The translations under genes and the position numbers were made by a program. DNA of 64,000 nucleotides from an uncultured Clostridia bacterium (GTDB lineage Bacteria > Bacillota > Clostridia > Christensenellales > Aristaeellaceae): assembly GCA_946538615.1 (NCBI GenBank), contig CAMNGW010000001.1:5166-69165 (forward strand). The letters are read 5' to 3'. Of the stretch, positions 37,439 through 45,735 are shown piece after piece. The notes beneath the pieces are model-generated. The model did not search any database. It saw nothing but the letters and a program-made list of their open reading frames with translations, and was not told the origin of the DNA. Numbering within the stretch: position 1 is the stretch's first letter; every line of letters starts with the position of its first letter.

Positions 37439-38651
37439 TCTTGAAGCCCGGCACATTATAGAGGCCCTGCGTTCAGGTGTTCCTTCACGCACGGTTGGAC
37501 AGTGTTTTGCCCAGGCAAGGCCGGCTCTCCTTGAACGCATTCAGACCCAGCTTAATGAAGTCAGGGAACAGCACGTCTCTTCCGGCATGGTGATCCGCGG
37601 ACGATACGGTGAGGGCAAGACCCATCTTCTCAACACGGTCCTCTCTATGGCTTATGAGAACAATATGGTGGTTTCCTTACTTCCCCTGAGTCTGGAAAAC
37701 CCTATGGACAAAATGCACACGATGTATCCTGCCCTGGTCAGCCAGACCTATCTCCCCGGACGTGAACAGCCCGGGTTCTTCGAGCTGTTCAGCAATCTTT
37801 CCCTGAATTCCGACCCTTCCAACCAGCTGCAGGTCTTCGCCCTCAAGGAACTGGAATCAGATAAGCTCTTTTATACGCTCCGCACCTATCTGAGCGCCCA
37901 AAACAATGATGATTTCCAGTTTTCCCTGCGTTCAGATTTTGAAGGCAATTTTGTTTCCAATGCCGATGTCAAAAAAATGTACAGAGCTGAGTTCAAGCAG
38001 ACCGCCAAGTTCAATACGCCCTTCGCTAAGACCCTTCACACCTTTGACTATATCGCTTTCCTCAGCAAAGTCTTCCAGGTTATGGGCTATGCAGGCTGGG
38101 TGATACTTTTTGATGAAGCCGAGCTCATGGGGCGTCTTGGCAAAAAAGCCAGAATCAACTTTTACCGCAACATGGCTAAGTTCATCAATCCGCCGCCAAG
38201 TCTCATCAATACCTTTACCATGTTCGCTTTCACGGACAGCTATGTGGATGAGGTCATAGATGCAAAACATGACATCAGGAACCTGAATGAGCTTTTTCCC
38301 GACAATCAGGAGCCCATGCTAAGCATGATCCATGAAATCTCCAATGCCAACCGGCTGCGTTCCCTCACGCAGGATGAAATCCGCCAGGTCGTCTGTCATA
38401 TCCGCGAATACCACGCAAGAGCTTACTCCTGGACACCTGCCTCTACAGATGATGAACTCATGCATGTTGCCGACTCTGCAAGCCATGCGCTCCGCACCCG
38501 GCTGCGTTCTGTGATCGAATATCTTGATCAGGAATTCCAGTATGGAAACGCCATGGAAGCCAGCATTGGAGCACTCCAGACATCGTCATACGAAGAAGCA
38601 ACACCTTCCCTGGAAGCAATGAACACTGACGAAGACCCGGCCAACAGCTGA
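37431..38651 (+). CDS. P-loop NTPase, BrxD/DUF2791-like (copy 2, canonical Walker B)
   Basis: 406 aa from the ATG at 37431, with GAGGAGGGG ~10 nt upstream. It overlaps the upstream stop (ATGTATGA). The N-terminal segment is ARHIIEALRSGVPSRTVG. Walker A is GRYGEGKTHLL (37599-37622) and Walker B is VILFDEAE (D228 E229). Confidence 0.75.
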   Translation: MYDLEARHIIEALRSGVPSRTVGQCFAQARPALLERIQTQLNEVREQHVSSGMVIRGRYGEGKTHLLNTVLSMAYENNMVVSLLPLSLENPMDKMHTMYPALVSQTYLPGREQPGFFELFSNLSLNSDPSNQLQVFALKELESDKLFYTLRTYLSAQNNDDFQFSLRSDFEGNFVSNADVKKMYRAEFKQTAKFNTPFAKTLHTFDYIAFLSKVFQVMGYAGWVILFDEAELMGRLGKKARINFYRNMAKFINPPPSLINTFTMFAFTDSYVDEVIDAKHDIRNLNELFPDNQEPMLSMIHEISNANRLRSLTQDEIRQVVCHIREYHARAYSWTPASTDDELMHVADSASHALRTRLRSVIEYLDQEFQYGNAMEASIGALQTSSYEEATPSLEAMNTDEDPANS

Positions 38652-38727
38652 CAGGCATCAGGAAACGTTTTCCTTGCCAGAGCAGTCCCGTCCCCGCCGA
38701 CCAGGAACCCGTCTTTACTGGAAAATC

Positions 38728-38774
38728 AAAGAAGCTTCAGAACGCAGACCCGTTCCGCTTTCTGAAGCTTCTTT
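38728..38774. terminator. Bidirectional terminator hairpin
   Basis: A perfect 14-bp stem aaagaagcttcaga (38728-38741) / tctgaagcttcttt (38761-38774) with a 19-nt loop. It lies between convergent genes. Confidence 0.65.
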
Positions 38775-38792
38775 ATATCTGATCCATTCTTC

Positions 38793-39230
38793 CTATGCTT
38801 TCTGTTTGAATACCGTATGACACTTGGGGCACGTCATTTCCACCTCTCCGCGGCCCCGGCTCAGCCGCATCAGGCTCCTGCAGCCCGGACAGCGGAAATA
38901 TTTGTACTGCTTGCGCAGCTTCAGTCTCAGGAAAAATGCTTTCGTGTCTCTCTTCCGGGTCCGGTACCATGTCAGAAAGGCTGTATTTTCCTGTGCCCTT
39001 TTGAGCACCTGTCTGGAAAGCATTCTGAAAAGCGCATAGATTTCAAAAGCAAAACCCAGAAAATACATCAGACCTGAGCCGAACAGACTTCCAAGCATGA
39101 CAAAAACAGCACCTGCAAGCAGGCAGGCAAGACCCAGCTCATCCGCTCCCCGTCTCCCCTGCATAAACCGCATCATGCGCCCACGGAAGCGGAACCACAG
39201 CTGTCTGAGAAACACTTTGATTTTATCCAT
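38793..39230 (-). CDS. Small membrane protein with C-terminal zinc ribbon
   Basis: 145 aa from the ATG at 39230. It has two hydrophobic segments, a basic linker, then CPGC...(15)...CPKC. I remember the pattern as widespread in Clostridia with no assigned function. Confidence 0.6.
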   Translation of the reverse strand: MDKIKVFLRQLWFRFRGRMMRFMQGRRGADELGLACLLAGAVFVMLGSLFGSGLMYFLGFAFEIYALFRMLSRQVLKRAQENTAFLTWYRTRKRDTKAFFLRLKLRKQYKYFRCPGCRSLMRLSRGRGEVEMTCPKCHTVFKQKA

Positions 39231-39368
39231 TGCGTATCCGTCCTTTGTCCTGTATTGGCACATGCAATATGATACCACACTGTGTGTGAACTTCTTATGA
39301 AATTTTGGCCATAAATGAAAATATGTCCAAAACAGGCATCTGCTTTCCATCCGGCCGCACAGCTGTGC

Positions 39369-40478
39369 TTACCACCGGGAGAGGACGCTGATCATATTCC
39401 GCTGGAGCTGCCTGTACCTGCCGTAGGACACGTCATCTTTGCAGCAGTCCGCGCTGACCCCCATCTCTGTCTTTGTCCTGCCGGTCAGGTCCACGCACCT
39501 TCCCTGGTATCCGCTGACAAAATAGCCCCCCTCTTCAAACCCTGTGTCCAGGATGTCCAGCCCGCACATATCTGCCACGATCCTCGCCGTCACGTCATCC
39601 TGGCCCTTCTCAGGTACCGAGAGGTCAAACTTTCCCCTGCAGGTTTCTCCGGTATAAGCTTTGCGTACCACAGCAATCAGTTCATACAGATTCGTGATCC
39701 CCGGAAACTGCCGGACCGCTTTGCAGGGAACATCCTTCATCCATGTCATGTCCTCCGCAAACTTCCCGTCTGCTTCCATATCATACACAGCCAGAGATAC
39801 CGCCATACATCCCGGGAGAGCCGGGTTCGGTGCGTCTTCAAGCTCCATGCCCGGAAGGTACAGATGGTTTTTCCGGATCTGCAGCCTGTTCCTGGAAACA
39901 GCCGTATTGACAAGGGCGACAAGGGCTTCCGTATCCGCAAGGGACCTGTGTGCGCCGCGAAGGTCAAAACCTATTGCTTCTGCCATATTGCCCAGTTTAT
40001 GGCTCCGCATGCCCGGCCAGTACCGCCTTGCCACTTCCAGTGAATCCGCAGCACGGTCCGGCAGCTTTCTTTGGATCCTTGTACATGCAGATTGCAGAAA
40101 ACCGACATCAAAGGTCGCGTTATGGGCCACAAAGGGGTCATCACCGATAAATTCCAGAAATCTGGGGAGCACGGTCCTGATATCCGGCTCATCACTGACC
40201 ATATCATCCGTGATATGGGTAAGCTGCTGTACCTCATAGGGAATGGGCATGCCGGGATTGACCAGCTGCTGGAAAACTTCCGTGCGCTTCCCGTGCACCA
40301 CACGGATCGCGCCGATTTCCGTGATCCCGCTGTACTTGGGGCTCAGCCCTGTTGTCTCCAGATCGAAAGCAACGTACCGGTGGGAAGCAAGACATAGAAA
40401 ATCTTCAGCATCTATCATACGCAGCCCCTGTGATACGTGCCGTCTGGCCTGAGCGACCTTTTCTGTAAAAGCATCCAT
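39369..40478 (-). CDS. DEDDh (DnaQ-like) 3'-5' exonuclease fused to a ~190-aa C-terminal domain of unknown function
   Basis: 369 aa from the ATG at 40478, with RBS GGAAGGAGGG. Exo I is VAFDLETTGL, Exo II is FVAHNATFDVGFL and Exo III is HRSLADTEAL. Confidence 0.8.
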   Translation of the reverse strand: MDAFTEKVAQARRHVSQGLRMIDAEDFLCLASHRYVAFDLETTGLSPKYSGITEIGAIRVVHGKRTEVFQQLVNPGMPIPYEVQQLTHITDDMVSDEPDIRTVLPRFLEFIGDDPFVAHNATFDVGFLQSACTRIQRKLPDRAADSLEVARRYWPGMRSHKLGNMAEAIGFDLRGAHRSLADTEALVALVNTAVSRNRLQIRKNHLYLPGMELEDAPNPALPGCMAVSLAVYDMEADGKFAEDMTWMKDVPCKAVRQFPGITNLYELIAVVRKAYTGETCRGKFDLSVPEKGQDDVTARIVADMCGLDILDTGFEEGGYFVSGYQGRCVDLTGRTKTEMGVSADCCKDDVSYGRYRQLQRNMISVLSRW

Positions 40479-40563
40479 CGCTGATCCCTCCTTCCTGTTT
40501 CTTTTCGGCATTCCCCGCGCTTTCCCTGCATGACCCGTTTTTCATTCCTGCCCGTCTCTGGAA

Positions 40564-40594
40564 TTGACAGATCACGGAGGCAGAGTGGTATAAT
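40564..40594 (+). promoter_or_regulatory. Putative extended -10 promoter of the 1616-aa surface protein gene
   Basis: TTGACA (40564-40569), a 19-nt spacer, then TGgTATAAT (40586-40594). Confidence 0.4.
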
Positions 40595-40641
40595 GAAGAC
40601 AGAACAAAACATGACAAAACGTATGCCAAGGGGGAAAACAC

Positions 40642-43600
40642 ATGAAACGCATCTGTATGCTTGCCCTTCTTCTCCTGCTTTTTGTCTCCTTAGCCGCAGG
40701 CGAGAGCGAAACTTACCGGTACAATGCTGAAACATATGCTGTCACAAAATATTCCGGCCCCGGCGGTGCCATCACCGTCCCGGCCGAATGGGACGGTCAG
40801 AAAGTTAAGGCACTGGCTCTTACTCTCTTTTACAATAACGATGACGTGACAGAACTCACCCTGTCCGAGGGCATTGAGGCCCTGCGGGACGGTGCCCTTG
40901 CCTATATGCGCAGCCTGACAGCCCTTCATCTGCCGGAGACTTTGCGCTACATCGGTCTGGGCAACATCCAGGGACTTTACGCACTCAAAGAAGTAATTGT
41001 TCCATCGTCCGTCAGTTACATCGGGAATAACTGCTTCAACTTCCTTGACGCCCTCGAATCAGTGACCTTTCTGGGGGAAGCGCCTTTTATTGGTGAGCTC
41101 AGCTTTTCAAACATCCCCGACTCCACTGTCTTTTATGTTCCGGATGACTGTGTTGACGCGTACCGTCAGTGCCTGCCGGAAAGCGCCAGCATCCAGCCTT
41201 CCGGAAAAAATGCTGTCCGGCACGCTTTTCTTACGGACGAAAACGTTTTCGATTTTGACGCATCCACAGGGACCGTGACCGGCTACCATGGTTCGGAAGC
41301 CATTGTTACGCTTCCCCGGACCATAGGCGGGACCCAGGTACGGCACATTGGCGAAGGCGTTTTCCGCAAGGACAATTTCCTGAGTGTGATCCTTCTCCCG
41401 GAAGGCCTTGAATCCATCGGCAAAGAAGCCTTTGCTGATGCCCGTTTCCTTGTGCACGTCGACTGTCCGGACACAGTCACACTGATTGATGACGGGGCTT
41501 TCAACAACGGTTTCCACGGCAGTTCCTTTGACTGGAGCAGGAACCTGAAGTCCATTGGCGACCTTGCCTTCAGATGGGCCAATTCTCTCAGTTCGGACCT
41601 TATTCTGCCTGAAGGGCTCACCAGCATTGGTGAGGAGGCTTTCACGGGCATGAGCTATGTCGATGTCTATCTGCCTTCCACCATTGAACATATCGGCCGC
41701 CGTGCCTTTGCAGACTCTTTCCTGCACTATCTCTCCCTTCCTGTCTATGAAATGAGGGATTTTGCTGAGGATGCTTTTGTGAACACTTCATCTTTTGAAG
41801 ATCTGGACCTTCCCTGGGATGCCTCCCTTGAAACACTGCGTACTTTTGAAGCCTTCCTGAACCCGCAGGCGCCCGGCTGCCATGTCTGGCTGAACAATCC
41901 TCCGGACGTCGATTATGTAAGCGGGGACTACCTGTACACCTTAGGCGATGATGACATGTTCTACCTCACCTCCTATCAGAGCGATCAGGAGGCCCTCATG
42001 CTTCACTACAATGTCTGGGACAATTCCGGGGAGGAGCGTGTCACCAAACCCGTTGCAGGCCTTGGAGACGGCGTGTTCAAAGGCAATCAGACCCTGAAGC
42101 TTTTCAGGGTCACCCATTCCTTCGACATGACGAAAATCGGCAAGGAAGCCTTCGCTGATTCGTCCATCGTGGCAGTCGACCTGTTCTATTCCATCGAAGA
42201 GATCGGGGAAGGCGCTTTCCGCAACTGTAAAAATCTGGAAGAACTCGTTTTGCCCGCAAGCGTGAAATATATAGGGGATGGCGCCTTTGACGGCTGCGAT
42301 GCCCTGAAATCTGTGACAGTGCTCTGCGACGCTGGCATCGTTCCTGATGACGCCTTTGTCAACTGCCCTGCTCTGATGGAACATCCGGAGGGCATCACCT
42401 TCCTGCCCGACGCTGACCCGGATGCTGTCCGTGCCGTCCGCACAGCCATGGGGCTCCCATGGTACGACGCAGAAAACCTGATTCTTATGCCCTGTGCCCC
42501 TGACGACGCAGCTGTCTTTGATTTTGATCCCCAATCGGGCATGATACGTGGCTATCTCGGTACAGACGCCGATGTCGTTGTGCCCCGTGAAATTGATGGC
42601 GTGGCCGTGCGCGGCATAGCCCGCAATGCATTCGAAGCGTGCCGGGACTACACGGATACTGACATGGTCACCAACCGGACATCTTATGTCTATCTTCGTT
42701 CCCTTGTCCTTCCTGAAACAGTGCAAGTGATTGAAGACGGGGCCTTCAGCTATCTGCAGCACCTTTCGACCTTTATCTGCTATGCGCCCCTTGATACGAC
42801 GGGCCGCAGTACGTTTGCTTACTGCAGGTCATTGAACCATGTCATTTTCCCCAACGGCTGCGATGTCATCGACAACTATGCCTTCGACCATGCAGGCTCC
42901 CTTGAAACATTCTGGAACCCGCATACAGTAAGCCGGATCGGAACTTTTGCCTTTTCCCACTGTGCACTCCGCGAAGCAGTGGTAAACGCTCTGGAACTGG
43001 ACTATGGCGTCTTCTCATACTGCAATGACCTTGAGTCCATTCATTTCAGCCGTGCTCCCAAAACTTTTACAGCTGTCCCGGTTGTCAGCTGTCCGTCCCT
43101 GTGTCTTGTCTGCCTGCAGTTTACCTCCCTCTCTTCCCTTCCCCCGGACGGTTTCATCTCTCAGGTTGCGCCTGTACTGACCGTGCAGGTGCCGGCGGAC
43201 ACTGACGAAGAGAACTGTGCCCGCGCCGGGCAGGTTCTGGTATGGGGCTCAGACACAAAAGCGGAGGTTCTCCGTGAGAACTGCACATATGAAGTTTCAG
43301 CACCTGATATTACTGCCATTCTGACAGAATATGAACAGAACCCCTATCTGCCGCCCCAGGCGGAACCCACCTCTGAGCCAGCGAAGGCAGAGCCTGCAGG
43401 ACCGGAAGGAGAGCCTTACCTGGGCTCATGGTACGTTGCCCAGGTTATCCTCGGTGATACGACCTATGCGGCATCTGATTTTGGCGTGGAAGCCACGTTC
43501 ACCCTTTACGCTGACGGGACATGTCAGATGGTTGATCCGGACGGGGAGTCAATCCAAGGTGTCTGGTCTATGACTGACGGGAACATGAACCTTATGGGAG

Positions 43601-45492
43601 AACGCTTGGAGCCCCAGGAAGACGGTTCCCTTCTTGCCTCAAGCGACGGCATCGGGATGGTCTTCCTCAGACTGGATGAGGACAGTATCCCCGCACAGAA
43701 TGGCCCCGGCAAAGAAGGCGAGCCGTTTGTTGGGACCTGGCGCGCCACGCAGGTCCGGAAAGGCGGTCTGATCTATCATTCCGATCAGAAAACGGAAATC
43801 ACCCTTCACGCTGATGGCACCTGCCTGCTTCTGGGGGCAGATGGGGACACCCAGCAGTCAACATGGTCCGTGAAGAACGGCGCTGTCAGCATCATGGGCA
43901 AGATATTCGAACCCCATGAAGACGGTACGCTCACCACATCCCTGGGGGACACAGAGCTGATCTTTATCCATGTAGAAGAAGCGTCCCCTGTGCCGTCCGG
44001 AACGTCCGATGAGGACAGGCAAGCGTATTCCGGTTCCTGGCACCTGGTCCGGGTCGGGCTCGGCGATACCATATATGCCGCTTCTGATCTCGGCATGGAG
44101 ATGGAGCTCCTGCTGGACCCGGATGGGACCTTTACCCTTCACGGGCCGGAGCATGATGAAACCGGCACCTGGTCCATCGCAAACGGTACCCTGGATCTTT
44201 CCGGGACTCCATTTGTCCTGCAGGAGGACGGAACCCTGTCGGGCGAGGATGAAGGCATCCGCCTGGTTTTTGAACACGGGGCCGCTGCCGACCTGACACC
44301 CGCAGGCAGAGAACCCTATATTGGCACCTGGTACGTGACCCATGTTACCTTCGGGGAAACCACCTATGCCGCCTCTGAACTGGGAATGGAAATCGAGATC
44401 ATTCTGCATGAAGACGGGACGTGCCTGATACACAATCCCGAAAGCGAAGAGCACACCGGGACCTGGTCACCCAGGGGAAATGTACTTGACATCGACGGCA
44501 CGCCATTTACGTTGCAGGAAGATGGGACCCTTTCGGGCGAAGAAGACGGTATCCGTATGGTATTTGCCCACAAGAGCGAAACCGCCGCTCTCCCCAGTGA
44601 AGACATGGCGTTCTACAGCGGTACCTGGCTCGTGACCGGTGTGGCCTTTGGCGATACGATGTTTGCAGCTTCTGAACTTGGAACGGAAATTGAGATCATT
44701 CTCTGCGAAGACGGAACTTGCGTGACCCGCAGCCCTGAGACCGGAGAAGTGGCCGGTACATGGATGCTCCGGAATGGGCAGCTTGATATAAACGGCACAC
44801 CATTCACTGTGCAGGAAGACGGTACGCTTTCAGGCACAGAGGATGGGATCCGTATGGTATTTGCACGCCAGGAAGAACCGGATGCCGCCCCCGGCGAAGA
44901 AGGCCTTCCCTTTACCGGTACCTGGTACGCCACCTCGGTCCAGTCCGGCGGATCAGTCCGCTCAGCCGCGGAATCCGGCATCTCGCAGGCCCTTGACCTT
45001 GGTGCCGAAGGACAGTACACACTCACTGACACAGCAACGGGGGAAACCCTTGCCAGCGGAAGATGGACCGTCACCGGTACCGGTCTGGACCTGGGTATGG
45101 TCCAGCTGGACAAACAGGAAGACGGCTCGCTCAGCGCACCTGCAGATGACATGACCATCTTTTATACCAGGGACCTTCCGGCTGAAGCCACACTTCCTCC
45201 CACCGCTGAACCTTCCCTGAACTATGCCGGCACATGGGTCCCCTCCAGAGTCTATGTCTCAAGTCTCGACTTTGATGCCGCCGATCTTGGCTATGCGGAT
45301 GTCCTGTATCTTCACCCTGACGGCACCTACCGGTACGAAGACAAACAAGGTCTGGTCACAGAGGGTACATATACCGCGTCCCCGGAAGGTATCCAGTTTG
45401 ACGGCGCGCTCTGGGCCCTGCAGGAAGACGGGAGCCTGCTCCGGGAAGACGGTGTCATTCTGATTTCCTATATCCGTCAGGAAGCACCCTGA
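40642..45492 (+). CDS. Giant secreted protein: BspA-like leucine-rich repeats (N-terminal ~900 aa), Pro-rich linker, then seven ~99-aa GTW-type (lipocalin-like?) repeats
   Basis: 1616 aa. The signal peptide is MKRICMLALLLLLFVSLAAG. Many units of the form L.LPE.L..IG..AF..C..L occur. The C-terminal repeats are described in the repeat feature. Confidence 0.8.
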   Translation: MKRICMLALLLLLFVSLAAGESETYRYNAETYAVTKYSGPGGAITVPAEWDGQKVKALALTLFYNNDDVTELTLSEGIEALRDGALAYMRSLTALHLPETLRYIGLGNIQGLYALKEVIVPSSVSYIGNNCFNFLDALESVTFLGEAPFIGELSFSNIPDSTVFYVPDDCVDAYRQCLPESASIQPSGKNAVRHAFLTDENVFDFDASTGTVTGYHGSEAIVTLPRTIGGTQVRHIGEGVFRKDNFLSVILLPEGLESIGKEAFADARFLVHVDCPDTVTLIDDGAFNNGFHGSSFDWSRNLKSIGDLAFRWANSLSSDLILPEGLTSIGEEAFTGMSYVDVYLPSTIEHIGRRAFADSFLHYLSLPVYEMRDFAEDAFVNTSSFEDLDLPWDASLETLRTFEAFLNPQAPGCHVWLNNPPDVDYVSGDYLYTLGDDDMFYLTSYQSDQEALMLHYNVWDNSGEERVTKPVAGLGDGVFKGNQTLKLFRVTHSFDMTKIGKEAFADSSIVAVDLFYSIEEIGEGAFRNCKNLEELVLPASVKYIGDGAFDGCDALKSVTVLCDAGIVPDDAFVNCPALMEHPEGITFLPDADPDAVRAVRTAMGLPWYDAENLILMPCAPDDAAVFDFDPQSGMIRGYLGTDADVVVPREIDGVAVRGIARNAFEACRDYTDTDMVTNRTSYVYLRSLVLPETVQVIEDGAFSYLQHLSTFICYAPLDTTGRSTFAYCRSLNHVIFPNGCDVIDNYAFDHAGSLETFWNPHTVSRIGTFAFSHCALREAVVNALELDYGVFSYCNDLESIHFSRAPKTFTAVPVVSCPSLCLVCLQFTSLSSLPPDGFISQVAPVLTVQVPADTDEENCARAGQVLVWGSDTKAEVLRENCTYEVSAPDITAILTEYEQNPYLPPQAEPTSEPAKAEPAGPEGEPYLGSWYVAQVILGDTTYAASDFGVEATFTLYADGTCQMVDPDGESIQGVWSMTDGNMNLMGERLEPQEDGSLLASSDGIGMVFLRLDEDSIPAQNGPGKEGEPFVGTWRATQVRKGGLIYHSDQKTEITLHADGTCLLLGADGDTQQSTWSVKNGAVSIMGKIFEPHEDGTLTTSLGDTELIFIHVEEASPVPSGTSDEDRQAYSGSWHLVRVGLGDTIYAASDLGMEMELLLDPDGTFTLHGPEHDETGTWSIANGTLDLSGTPFVLQEDGTLSGEDEGIRLVFEHGAAADLTPAGREPYIGTWYVTHVTFGETTYAASELGMEIEIILHEDGTCLIHNPESEEHTGTWSPRGNVLDIDGTPFTLQEDGTLSGEEDGIRMVFAHKSETAALPSEDMAFYSGTWLVTGVAFGDTMFAASELGTEIEIILCEDGTCVTRSPETGEVAGTWMLRNGQLDINGTPFTVQEDGTLSGTEDGIRMVFARQEEPDAAPGEEGLPFTGTWYATSVQSGGSVRSAAESGISQALDLGAEGQYTLTDTATGETLASGRWTVTGTGLDLGMVQLDKQEDGSLSAPADDMTIFYTRDLPAEATLPPTAEPSLNYAGTWVPSRVYVSSLDFDAADLGYADVLYLHPDGTYRYEDKQGLVTEGTYTASPEGIQFDGALWALQEDGSLLREDGVILISYIRQEAP
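43408..45489 (+). repeat. Seven tandem ~99-aa protein-coding repeats
   Basis: The consensus, visible by eye, is G(T/S)W.......G.T.YAAS(E/D)LG.E.E..L.EDGTC.......E..GTW....G.LD..GTPF.LQEDGTLSGE.DGIR.VF. Repeats 3-5 are most similar to each other. Confidence 0.75.
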
Positions 45493-45624
45493 TCCTCTGC
45501 CCTGCCATGTCGTTCCATATACCCTGAATGCTTAAGTTAACTGCACTGCCAGCATGGTCATTTCATGCTGGCATATCATATTTCTGCATTCTTTGCTGTC
45601 CAAAAGCCATTCTTCTCATCACCT

Positions 45625-45653
45625 TTGTGCATTGGACTTTTATATGTTACAAT
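45625..45653 (+). promoter_or_regulatory. Putative extended -10 promoter of the 1377-aa surface protein gene
   Basis: TTGTGC (45625-45630), a 17-nt spacer ending in TGt, then TACAAT (45648-45653). Confidence 0.45.
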
Positions 45654-45735
45654 GCAAATGCACAGACAGACATGAAGTTCTGTCTGGCTGGTGCTTCTGT
45701 GGTTCAACAAGGGTCAGAAGTCTGGAGGTTTAGTA

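Noticed and set aside
39315-40043. 242-aa plus-strand ORF opposite the exonuclease gene.
   Set aside because: The minus-strand frame carries all three DEDDh motifs and a strong RBS. The plus-strand product is Pro/His/Arg-rich with no motif.
41941-42762. 273-aa minus-strand ORF inside the 1616-aa gene; similar ORFs at 47950..48594 and 44613..45158.
   Set aside because: They are embedded antisense in long, internally repetitive plus-strand genes whose repeats are only coherent in the plus frame.
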